The notes: generated from the letters alone by a model not told the origin. Counted from the stretch's first letter, positions 8,289 through 16,698 are shown. The stretch is 64,000 bases of DNA from an uncultured virus (IMG/VR IMGVR_UViG_3300048839_000486) (IMGVR_UViG_3300048839_000486), one strand, 5' to 3'. Numbers and translations: made by a program.

Positions 8289-9268
8289 GGGAGAAAGAAC
8301 GTGTCGTTATCGACACGGACCTCCTGAAAGACAGTGTGGATGTGGAGCGCGTAGTGTCTCACTACCTCCCCGGCGGGCTCAAGCGGATGGGTCCGGACGC
8401 CATCGGGTTGTGCCCGTTTCACGCTGAGAAGACACCCTCGTTCAAGGTCCACATCCGACGCCGGACGGGTTTGCCGGCGTGGAAGTGCTTCGGCTGCGGC
8501 GCCGCCGGGGATGTCATCAAGTTCGTGCAGATGATGGAAGGGTGCAGCTTCAAGGATGCCGTAGACATCCTGACATCCCAGTTTTCCGGCGACTCGCGGG
8601 CGGTTCAATCGTCCGCGAGCGTCATGAAGCAACGGGCGGCGAGTGAATGGTACGACAGGCAGATCGAGGGCATAAAGTGCTTGATCGACTGCTACGATTC
8701 GGCCATGATGAAGTTGTCCCGATCCATCCGCGCCAACCCAGAGTCTGCGGAAGTGCTCACGGATGCGTATTTCTCAATGCAGCGGGATGTCGTAGTCCTG
8801 GCCGGGTTGGGGCACCTACACGGGGAACTCCACTTACAGGACATGGAACTGAGGGACGATGGCGGCCTACTGAAGGAGGCCCTACAGTTCGGGCTCAATG
8901 GGTATGCGGTCGCAGCCTGCTTTGAGTCACAGATGGGGTTCATCCCGCCCATCAAGGAGTGCGCCGGGCGCCTGCGTGCCGCGCCCCTGGCTGTGCGGCT
9001 GGCAACGCGGGAAGCCGATTCGGGGTTCGTCAATGCAGACTATCCCGACCGGCTCTCCGGGATCTGCGAATCCCTGCATGACCTGGAAGACATGGACAAG
9101 GTATTAGCTGAATTGCAGGCCACGCGGCAGACTTGGGAAGCCGCCGTGAAGAAGGTACTAGGAGCATCAGGTGGACGAGTCAACAAGAGAGCAACAGAAG
9201 GCTATCGCCAAAGCAATCAGGGAAGAGGAAAGCCTCGCCGGGAGCACCAGCAGCAACCCGCAACTTGA
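8285..9268 (+). CDS. CHC2 zinc-finger (DnaG N-terminal-like) protein without a recognisable TOPRIM domain
   Basis: GLCPFHAEKTPSF...WKCFGCGAAGDVIKFV. GTGA overlap start. Confidence 0.8.
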   Translation: MREKERVVIDTDLLKDSVDVERVVSHYLPGGLKRMGPDAIGLCPFHAEKTPSFKVHIRRRTGLPAWKCFGCGAAGDVIKFVQMMEGCSFKDAVDILTSQFSGDSRAVQSSASVMKQRAASEWYDRQIEGIKCLIDCYDSAMMKLSRSIRANPESAEVLTDAYFSMQRDVVVLAGLGHLHGELHLQDMELRDDGGLLKEALQFGLNGYAVAACFESQMGFIPPIKECAGRLRAAPLAVRLATREADSGFVNADYPDRLSGICESLHDLEDMDKVLAELQATRQTWEAAVKKVLGASGGRVNKRATEGYRQSNQGRGKPRREHQQQPAT

Positions 9269-10556
9269 GGCGAGCATCCTCAGCGCCTGCTTGCGATCGC
9301 GGGAGGCATTCGACATCGCCAACACGTCACTCCGCCCGATCGACTTCCACACCCCGCAATACAAGGTTTTGTGGGAGGTTCTATGCGCCCTCTCCAGTCG
9401 GGAAACTGACCACAATGACATCACCATCATCAGCGAGCTTGCGGCCCGTGAACAACTGAAGAAGTTCGGAGGGAAGGAAGCCCTCGACGCAATCAGGGAG
9501 TCTCCCGGTTCACCCAAAGAGGTCCAAAGCTACGCCACGCAGCTTCGCAACTTCACCTTGGCTCGCGAACAGAAGCGCGTCGGCTCCAAGTTGGAGGGCC
9601 TGGGAAAAACCATCCTTACGCCAGAGGAGCGGATCTCCAAGACACGCGAACTGATAGCGGGGCTGGAGAGCCACGCTTTGCGCCAAAGCCGTATGGAGCG
9701 CCTGGGCGATGTCTTGACGCGGGTGGGGGGCCTCGATGAGTTCGTGACCCCGCTCCAGGGCGCCTCTCTGGTCAAGAGCCCGTGGCCGGCGCTGAATGAA
9801 CTCATCATCGGCTTCACGCCAAGCACCATCAACATCATCGGAGCACGGCCCAGCCAAGGGAAAACCAGTCTCGCCGCGAGCATTGTTTTGGATGCCGCGA
9901 CCAATCAGGCGAAGACCGGCGCCATATTCAGTCTCGAAATGACGGCGCAGTCGATCTTCCTGCGGTGCGCTTGCCATATCGCCGGTGTCAGCAATTACAA
10001 GGTCCGCGCCGGCACGCTCGACGCCGTGGAGCGTGAGCGGCTGACATTCGCAATCGCCGAACTGGAGATGGCACCGCTTTGGGTGAGTAACCTCGCAGGG
10101 AGGACCGTCTCTGAAGTGTCTGCAACATTGAGGAAGATGGCCGCCGAAGGGAACGCCCCCGACATCGTCATGATCGACTACGTGCAACTTATGCGACCCA
10201 GCAAGCACTATCGGGACCGGCGCGAAGCCATGACGGAGATCAGTAACGAACTTCAAGCGATGACCCGTGACCTTGGAACCTGCTTACTCCTCCTCTCGCA
10301 GTTGCGGCGCCCAGACCGCAAGGATGCCGCAAGCCGCCCCAAGGCAGAGGATCTGATGGAGACCGGATACCTCGAAGCGGACGCAGACACCATCATGCTC
10401 ATCCACCGGCCCGACTTCTACAAGAAAGACGGCGACCGCTCCAAAACCCAACTCATCCTCGACAAGCAACGCGAGGGACCAACTGGCCAGGTCCGGCTCA
10501 TCGCCGAAGATAAGTATTTTCGTTTTATCGAAGATCAAACTGTTGACATCGACTAG
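9171..10556 (+). CDS. dnaB: Replicative DNA helicase (DnaB family)
   Basis: GARPSQGKT (Walker A), FSLEM, MIDYVQLM, LLSQLRR, LEADADTIMLIHR, KQREGPTG. Confidence 0.95.
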   Translation: MDESTREQQKAIAKAIREEESLAGSTSSNPQLEASILSACLRSREAFDIANTSLRPIDFHTPQYKVLWEVLCALSSRETDHNDITIISELAAREQLKKFGGKEALDAIRESPGSPKEVQSYATQLRNFTLAREQKRVGSKLEGLGKTILTPEERISKTRELIAGLESHALRQSRMERLGDVLTRVGGLDEFVTPLQGASLVKSPWPALNELIIGFTPSTINIIGARPSQGKTSLAASIVLDAATNQAKTGAIFSLEMTAQSIFLRCACHIAGVSNYKVRAGTLDAVERERLTFAIAELEMAPLWVSNLAGRTVSEVSATLRKMAAEGNAPDIVMIDYVQLMRPSKHYRDRREAMTEISNELQAMTRDLGTCLLLLSQLRRPDRKDAASRPKAEDLMETGYLEADADTIMLIHRPDFYKKDGDRSKTQLILDKQREGPTGQVRLIAEDKYFRFIEDQTVDID

Positions 10557-10571
10557 GTATAGGTGTATAGT
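10543..10571 (+). promoter_or_regulatory. Sigma70-type promoter upstream of the small ORF, array and tasA-like gene
   Basis: TTGACA (10543-10548) - 17 nt - TATAGT (10566-10571). Confidence 0.75.
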
Positions 10572-10663
10572 TCAAGAAGGCGGGATTGAAGGTACTAGGA
10601 GGTAAGGTGTTAAGCACGATTTCTTCCCTGTCTGCCATTTTGTTGCCCCGGTGGGGCAGCAGG

Positions 10664-10930
10664 ATGCGGACAAGTCCCAAGAAGACAAAGCCGCTTTCTC
10701 CGCAAGAGGAAGTGGAAATCGCCGTACTGCGAAAGTTCGCGAGGGCGCACTCCAAGGCCGGCAGGCAGTGGCTGCGGCGTGACCAGTTCAAGGTTTCTTT
10801 TCGTGAAGTCACCGCAAAATTCGGCGGAGAATCGCGGATGCGGCGCCGCCGGATTGCGAAGGCCATCATGAAGCGGTTCTGGAAATCCAGGGCCGAGACG
10901 CCAGCCGGCGCACCAACCAATACACCGTGA
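10664..10930 (+). CDS. Small basic hypothetical protein immediately upstream of the array
   Basis: 88 aa from ATG 10664, strongly Arg/Lys-rich. The start is uncertain (frame open from 10586). Confidence 0.45.
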   Translation: MRTSPKKTKPLSPQEEVEIAVLRKFARAHSKAGRQWLRRDQFKVSFREVTAKFGGESRMRRRRIAKAIMKRFWKSRAETPAGAPTNTP

Positions 10931-10938
10931 TCGTGCGA

Positions 10939-11569
10939 GAGTGAGCCATAATCTTGGAATCAGCACTTGTGTAGAGTGAACCATTCGCACTGAAGCAGCA
11001 CGCTGCCAGAGTGAACCAAACTCATTGAACGGCACCGCTCTAGAGTGAGCCAACTCCCTTGATCTCCACATTGAAAGAGCGAACCACACACTCTGAAACA
11101 GTATGCTACACGAGTGAGCCAGCTAAGGAGATTGCCCAGATTGAGAGAGCGAACCACAAGCATAGATTTACGCATTTGCTGAGAGTGAACCAAAACGACT
11201 GATTATCAAGCTCGAAGAGTGAACCAGAATGACTGACTTTACAAGGTCTTCGAGTGAGCCACCGCTTTGGATTTCAACGAGAGTACAGAGCGAGCCAAGG
11301 CTCTCGACTATCACGACCGACGAGCGAGCCATTCATTCGGATCTGCATACCGTGGGAGCGAGCCAAGTAGCGGGAGTAGACCAAGGAACTAAGAGCGAAC
11401 CAAGAACACGGACACGTCATCGCAAGAGAGTGAACCATCTTTCCAGACGATCATTTCGTGAGAGTGAGCCATATTGCACAACTATCATGTTCTGGGAGCG
11501 AACCAGATTGCCAGAAGAGCATTTCGTTCGAGTGAGCCATTGCATCCGAATTAGCAAGCCCTTGGAGCG
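10939..11569 (+). ncRNA. TIGR-like tandem dual-spacer guide RNA array (18 units)
   Basis: GAGYGARCCA starts at 10939, 10974, 11009, 11043, 11077, 11112, 11147, 11183, 11217, 11252, 11288, 11322, 11356, 11393, 11428, 11462, 11496 and 11530, with a partial GAGCG at 11565. The period is 34-37 nt. Intervals parse as N8-GA-N4-6-CA-N8. Confidence 0.9.
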
Positions 11570-11641
11570 CCTTAGAGCGCAGAAAGATCAACCCAAGCAG
11601 TAAAAACCCGGAAAAGCAAGAGAGTACACAGGAAGGTAACA

Positions 11642-12625
11642 ATGACCAACACATCCAACGCGATTCTCAGTGAACTGGACCCGATTGCGCGGTTGACCCG
11701 CGACCTGGCATCGGCATCCGCAACCCTCGGGCGCAATGAGGCCCGGTTCCTGGTGGACAGCTATTACACCATTCAAGAGAACCGAAAAGCCTCAGCCAAC
11801 CAGGTGCGTAGCCTGAGCACCAACGATGAGCCCCATGCCGTCATCCAGTGGCTCCTCACTCAAAACGAAGGGCTGGAAGGGCAGATCAAGCGCGCCCTCG
11901 ACAAGTGGACAGACCAGCAGCCGATCGGCAAGTGGGTCAAGTCCATCGTGGGGATCGGCCCGGTGATTGCGGCGGGATTGATCGCGCACATCGACATCAC
12001 GAAGGCGCCCACCGCCGGCCATATCTGGAGCTTCGCCGGGCTGAACCCGACGAAGACCTGGAACAAGGGCGAGAAGCGGCCCTGGAACAACGGGCTTAAA
12101 ACCCTCGCCTACAAAATCGGCGAATCGTTCGTGAAGTTCCAGAACCACCCCTACGACACCTACGGGCGCATGTATGTGGTCCGCAAGGGCGAAGAGTGGG
12201 CGCGGAATCTGTCCGGCGAATTGAGCGACCAAGCCAAGGAGAAACTGGAGAAGTTCCGCATCGGCGAGGATACGGCAGCGCGGGTCTGGTACAGCGGGTG
12301 CCTGTCCCGCGAATCGGCGGAGCGGATCATCTACTCCCCGGCTGCGGATCAGATAGCCCTCACCAAAAAGCTGGCCGAGCCAGCCGGCACGCACCCCGGC
12401 ATGTTGCCGCCGGCCCACATCCACTCGCGGGCGCGGCGCCACGTGGTCAAGTTGTTCCTGAGCCACTTCCACTATGCCGCCTATCTCCTGCACTTCGGGT
12501 CGGCGCCGGCGCAGCCCTACGCGATCGCCCAAGCGGGGCACGCCCATTTCATCGAGCCGCCGAATCTCAACGTCCTCCTTGGCGTAGAGAAGAACGCTGT
12601 TGACAACGGCGACAAAAGAGCGTAG
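11642..12625 (+). CDS. tasA: Nop-domain / IS110-C-terminal-like RNA-binding protein, TasA-like (no nuclease domain)
   Basis: SIVGIGPVIAAGLIAHID...HIWSFAGLNP resembles the Transposase_20/Nop fold, followed by HIHSRARR..KLFLSH. There is no N-terminal DEDD RuvC domain and no catalytic SG loop after AGLNP. The gene lies 72 nt downstream of the array. Confidence 0.85.
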   Translation: MTNTSNAILSELDPIARLTRDLASASATLGRNEARFLVDSYYTIQENRKASANQVRSLSTNDEPHAVIQWLLTQNEGLEGQIKRALDKWTDQQPIGKWVKSIVGIGPVIAAGLIAHIDITKAPTAGHIWSFAGLNPTKTWNKGEKRPWNNGLKTLAYKIGESFVKFQNHPYDTYGRMYVVRKGEEWARNLSGELSDQAKEKLEKFRIGEDTAARVWYSGCLSRESAERIIYSPAADQIALTKKLAEPAGTHPGMLPPAHIHSRARRHVVKLFLSHFHYAAYLLHFGSAPAQPYAIAQAGHAHFIEPPNLNVLLGVEKNAVDNGDKRA

Positions 12626-12628
12626 TAT
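12600..12628 (+). promoter_or_regulatory. Sigma70-type promoter in the 3' end of the tasA-like gene
   Basis: TTGACA (12600-12605) - 17 nt - TAGTAT (12623-12628). Confidence 0.6.
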
Positions 12629-12693
12629 CGACTCAAGCGGCATCCGACGCCGGACGCCGCAACGCTAAAAGGTTCTAGGAAGGAAGGTGCTAC

Positions 12694-12927
12694 GTGGCAG
12701 GTCAACGCAATGGGAAGTGTCGCGTTTGCGATGGTCCCGCTGGGTCATCCCAACTCCCGCAGCAATCACTGATGTCGCACGTTTGCCCGGATTGCCTGCC
12801 TGACGTTCTGCGGCACGTGGATAATTGCGTGCTGGGCGACGCCATCTATGCGGCAGTCATCTCCCGGCGAAATCGTGGGTTGATGGAGCAGCAAACCAAC
12901 CCGCACCCCGGCATGGCGGGGGCGTGA
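12694..12927 (+). CDS. Small CxxC-CxxC protein
   Basis: CRVC...CPDC. GTG start after AAGGAAGG. Confidence 0.55.
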   Translation: MAGQRNGKCRVCDGPAGSSQLPQQSLMSHVCPDCLPDVLRHVDNCVLGDAIYAAVISRRNRGLMEQQTNPHPGMAGA

Positions 12928-13181
12928 TGCGGCGCCAACGTCAGACCCCACGGCAAAATTCTGCGCTTGCGGAACTCCCCAACCTGGAACCGAAAGAGCA
13001 CGCGCTCGAACTCGAAACGGTGAACGGCGAGGTCTTCTATCGGAAGTCGAAGACCTTGCCGCCCGCTGTCGAAATACCCCTGCTCAGCGCGAAAGTGTGG
13101 ACGAAGCCACTGCAAGTGGTGCCCGTGCGGTCGAAGTTCGTACAGGTGGATGGATGCAAGTACAAAGAAGTGGAGAAATGA
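12924..13181 (+). CDS. Hypothetical protein
   Basis: GTGA/ATG overlap with the upstream stop. Confidence 0.5.
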   Translation: MMRRQRQTPRQNSALAELPNLEPKEHALELETVNGEVFYRKSKTLPPAVEIPLLSAKVWTKPLQVVPVRSKFVQVDGCKYKEVEK

Positions 13182-13481
13182 ATGAACCCCGAAACAAACC
13201 TCGCTGAGATTTTGGTGCAACTGCTCGCCGGATGCTCTGCCGCGACCATCATTGCGTGCTGGTACGGCCCCTACGTGTGCCGCTTGATTGCTGCCCTGCT
13301 TCTCGCTCACGCTGTCACTGTGGAGCGATCACGGAAGATCAGGAAGAAGGAAATGGACCGGAGAATGAAGGCGTTTGGGATCAGCCGGCATATTCAGCGT
13401 CCGGCACCGGATACGGACGGCGATACAGACGACGGTGGACGGGGCCGGGGCGTTTCCAGGGAATGTCGAGGAGAGGCGTAG
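13182..13481 (+). CDS. Hypothetical membrane protein
   Basis: Hydrophobic N-terminus followed by a basic tail. Confidence 0.55.
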   Translation: MNPETNLAEILVQLLAGCSAATIIACWYGPYVCRLIAALLLAHAVTVERSRKIRKKEMDRRMKAFGISRHIQRPAPDTDGDTDDGGRGRGVSRECRGEA

Positions 13482-13486
13482 TTGTC

Positions 13487-13873
13487 ATGAGCGAGAAGCA
13501 CCAGTGTTGCGGTCAGGTCTGGAGTGACGTGTTCCGCGAGTCACGCAATTGCGGCAACCGCGCCAAGTTCGAGGTCAACGGCAAGTGGTACTGCGGCGTT
13601 CACAACCCGAACAAGAACGCGGACAAACCGCGATGTCAGGCTCCGCAAACGTGGGGCAAGGGCGTTTGCGGTTCGATCATCCGCAACTCTGACCCGCTTT
13701 GCTCGTACTGCATGAAGCGTCGAGCAACGATCAACGGCAATCTCGAAGCCCTCCTGACCGCCATCGCGAAGATGGACGCGGCTGGGCAGGATACCGCGAT
13801 TGCCCGCGCGGTTGCCGAGAAAAGGGCGGCGGGATGGGCGATTCAACTGCCGTGGCAGGAGGCTGCGGAATGA
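13487..13873 (+). CDS. Cys/His-rich hypothetical protein
   Basis: MSEKHQCC...NCGNRA...WYCGVH...LCSYC. Confidence 0.6.
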   Translation: MSEKHQCCGQVWSDVFRESRNCGNRAKFEVNGKWYCGVHNPNKNADKPRCQAPQTWGKGVCGSIIRNSDPLCSYCMKRRATINGNLEALLTAIAKMDAAGQDTAIARAVAEKRAAGWAIQLPWQEAAE

Positions 13874-14157
13874 GCGATCACGGACCAGGAATGCGCCTCA
13901 CCGACCCCAAGGCGGGCGATTGGGACTACGACGGTGCTTGCGTGAACGAGTCGGGTTGGGAAACCGTCAGCATCGGCATATTTCAGTGGATTCTCCGCGC
14001 CAACGGCAAGGGCGTGAAGCGCGGGAAGGTGGTCAAGCGCATCAGGGGGCCTCGTGGGAACCTTGCGGCACTATGTATGCAGGCTGAGGCATGGATCTTG
14101 AACCGGGACAGCGAGCAGGTGAAAGCCGGCGCGGACGGCGCGGAGCGTACATCATGA
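13870..14157 (+). CDS. Hypothetical protein
   Basis: ATGA overlap; MSDHGPG... Confidence 0.6.
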   Translation: MSDHGPGMRLTDPKAGDWDYDGACVNESGWETVSIGIFQWILRANGKGVKRGKVVKRIRGPRGNLAALCMQAEAWILNRDSEQVKAGADGAERTS

Positions 14158-14696
14158 TGAGGCTGACATGGAAGAAGGACAGCGAGAAATCCGTCATCCG
14201 GGCCAATGAAGCGAACTGCATCATTGCCCAATCCGAAGGGGTTGGGTTCCACTGTCTGTTTCAGTATGGAGACAGCTACGAGAAGCATGTCGGGTCTACC
14301 TACCCGACGCTGAAAGAGGCGAAGTCCTGGAGTGAAGGCGCGGCTGCGATCCTGGCAGCGCAAGCGGTGGACAAAAAGGAATCTACCGACACGAACCGGG
14401 TGCGCGTGTTTAAGTGGAGACGCAGCGGGCGGCACGGACACCAGACCGGCCACAGCGCAAGGGCGGTTGCCTGTATCTGGGTTGATGGATGGCCTATTCG
14501 GGAAGCGATGCCGTACCGGGCGCGAGTCTACTTGAGCCACCCGCAACCCAGAGGTGGCGGCAAGGTGATCGTCTCGCCGGATCGCTTCTTCTCGCAGGCC
14601 GGCGCACAAGCATGGTGTGACGAAGAGGCGGTGAAGCAGGGATGGGTGACAGAGGTAGAACTGAGGACCGGCAAGGGAAGGGCGGCAAAGAAGTGA
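14154..14696 (+). CDS. Hypothetical protein with two W...EAK/AQAW-type domains
   Basis: ATGA overlap; the N-terminal half resembles the 16128-16364 product. Confidence 0.6.
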   Translation: MMRLTWKKDSEKSVIRANEANCIIAQSEGVGFHCLFQYGDSYEKHVGSTYPTLKEAKSWSEGAAAILAAQAVDKKESTDTNRVRVFKWRRSGRHGHQTGHSARAVACIWVDGWPIREAMPYRARVYLSHPQPRGGGKVIVSPDRFFSQAGAQAWCDEEAVKQGWVTEVELRTGKGRAAKK

Positions 14697-14808
14697 TGCC
14701 CGCCATCCTATCCCTTGCGGGAACGCAGACCCTGGAGGCCACAGTTCGGGGAGGCGGGCGCTTCCATACCCACTATACAGCAGCGAAGAGGTTTAAGGAG
14801 AACGAAGG

Positions 14809-16131
14809 ATGATAACAAAAGCCGGAGCAACCAAAAGGCTTGCAGCGCTCAAAGGGTTGCTGGAAGATTACTTGAACCATGAGGCGTTGTTGCCGAATCA
14901 AGCGGCGGAGGATGCGGCGGAGGATGCGGCGCAGTTGAAGGCCGAGAACGAGCGTCTGACCACCAAACTCGCCGACATGACAACTCAACTGGACGCCTGC
15001 CAATCTCTCTATGGGGATACGCAGAACAGGGTGTTGCGGTTCGACGAGGAGAACCGGGTGCTGATAGCCCAAGCGGAACAACTGAAGGCCGAGAACGCCC
15101 GCCTTAGCGGTGAACTCGAAAAGGCGAACCGCTGCAACGCTGAGGACGTGGCACGGCTGAGTGCGCGCGACGTGCGATTGACCGCCGAACTCACCGAGGC
15201 GCGCAAGCAGCCCGTGACGCTGCTGCCGGTGGTGACGTTCGACAATATACGGGAGTTCTCAGAATGGCGTGCCTCGCTGTGCAATAAGCGCGAAGATCCC
15301 ACATTCGGCACACAGGCGCATTGGTGGAATACCCTTTTCCTCCGCAACTTCCGCGAGGCGGCCATCGAGCGCATGAAGCCGACGCTGGACGTGGAGGCGC
15401 TGGCTGAGGATGTCTGGCGGGCACTGTACGGCGACGAGGCGATCAAGCCGAAGCTGCTGGGCGCCATCAGGGGCGCCGTCCGCAAGCACGTCACCGATGC
15501 CCCCGCGAAGCCCGCGCCGACCCTCACATGGTACGGCGGCAAACTGGACGGCGGCGAACTGGTTTACGGGACAGGGCGCATCGTCGCCACGATTTTCGCT
15601 CGCCCAGTCCCAAGAAGCTCGCCCGATCGGGAGATCTATACTCACGCGGTTGCTTACGATGTGGCAAGCGGTCCCGAAGAGTATCTGGGTCCTTTCGGCG
15701 TGACCCCGGAAGGACGGATGGATTGGGCTCAGGCAAAAGAGGCGGTCGAGGCAATCATGCGGGAGCGGCTGCAACGGGCCGACGCCCCGGACTCGCCCAA
15801 CGAATCTCAACTGACAAGCCCATTTACGTCAGACGGCAACCCAAGCCCGTCCATGAATCCCAAGTTGGATGTGATGGGTTTGGCGAACTCCATTGCCAAT
15901 ACCATGCCAATGATGCCAGGAGTGGGGGTGATGGAATACGCGAACGCCATTTATCGCTATATCCATGGCACCAAGGCTTCAGTCAAATTGGTTGCGGACG
16001 ACACTATCGCCAGCGCCGCCGAACAAGCCAAGCGGGAGACGCGGCGGGCGGTGGGTGCCGAGTTGCGGCGTCATTACAATTCGGGGTGTCACGTGCTGGC
16101 ATTTGCGCAGAAGTTGGAGCGTGGCGAATGA
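14809..16131 (+). CDS. Multidomain coiled-coil hypothetical protein
   Basis: 440 aa with repeated QLKAENxRL heptads. Confidence 0.75.
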   Translation: MITKAGATKRLAALKGLLEDYLNHEALLPNQAAEDAAEDAAQLKAENERLTTKLADMTTQLDACQSLYGDTQNRVLRFDEENRVLIAQAEQLKAENARLSGELEKANRCNAEDVARLSARDVRLTAELTEARKQPVTLLPVVTFDNIREFSEWRASLCNKREDPTFGTQAHWWNTLFLRNFREAAIERMKPTLDVEALAEDVWRALYGDEAIKPKLLGAIRGAVRKHVTDAPAKPAPTLTWYGGKLDGGELVYGTGRIVATIFARPVPRSSPDREIYTHAVAYDVASGPEEYLGPFGVTPEGRMDWAQAKEAVEAIMRERLQRADAPDSPNESQLTSPFTSDGNPSPSMNPKLDVMGLANSIANTMPMMPGVGVMEYANAIYRYIHGTKASVKLVADDTIASAAEQAKRETRRAVGAELRRHYNSGCHVLAFAQKLERGE

Positions 16132-16364
16132 GCCGCACAACCAGACGGATTCAATGGACCGCCGACAATGGCGGGGACCTGGAAGCCAAGGTCGGCGACT
16201 CCTGTACGTTGAACGTCTTCCGGGGGGAGCGATCTGGGTACGACGCCCAAATCGCGAGTGAGTCGTATGGCTACATCTCCGACAACTTCCCGACTCAAAA
16301 GGAAGCCAAGGCGTTCTGCGAGGGCGTTGTAACAATGAGCCAAGTTTGCGAGGTGGATCTGTGA
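16128..16364 (+). CDS. Hypothetical protein
   Basis: ATGA overlap; ...FPTQKEAKAFCEG. Confidence 0.6.
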   Translation: MSRTTRRIQWTADNGGDLEAKVGDSCTLNVFRGERSGYDAQIASESYGYISDNFPTQKEAKAFCEGVVTMSQVCEVDL

Positions 16365-16645
16365 GTAAACGCAGTGGGCTTCGCCTCATCCTCCAATGGA
16401 AAGAGGGAGACAGGATTGTTGCGATCACCCCAGAAATAGCACATGGCCCGGCGTGGGGTAATGCTGTGACATGGGTGTATATCCAGGATCGGGAGGGGAA
16501 GATACGCCGGGAGAGCATCCAGCCGACCGAGAGGCCGGTCAAACTGGACACCCTGTTCGATGCGGCGGAGGTCATATACAACGGGATGCTATCAGCCATC
16601 ATGAACGACCTTCTTCACCGCAGACGCAAAGACCCGATAGAATAA
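16361..16645 (+). CDS. Hypothetical protein
   Basis: GTGA overlap with a GAGG RBS. Confidence 0.6.
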   Translation: MSKRSGLRLILQWKEGDRIVAITPEIAHGPAWGNAVTWVYIQDREGKIRRESIQPTERPVKLDTLFDAAEVIYNGMLSAIMNDLLHRRRKDPIE

Positions 16646-16698
16646 AGCAGGTTCGCAGGTTCTAGTTGGATGCGCTACGGCGCCATGGAGGTACTAGG

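Noticed and set aside
10939..11569. CRISPR array
   Set aside because: The repeat is only 10 nt and non-palindromic, the 24-27-nt intervals contain a fixed internal GA..CA motif, and there are no cas genes.
11229..11603. 124-aa ORF over the array (and minus-strand ORFs 10610-11089, 10960-11193)
   Set aside because: Unit lengths of 34-37 nt do not preserve frame and there is no RBS; the recurring SEP/VNH peptides come from the repeat.
11642..12625. IS110-family transposase / insertion sequence
   Set aside because: It lacks the N-terminal DEDD RuvC domain and the catalytic Ser loop, and the upstream RNA is an 18-unit array rather than a single bridge RNA.
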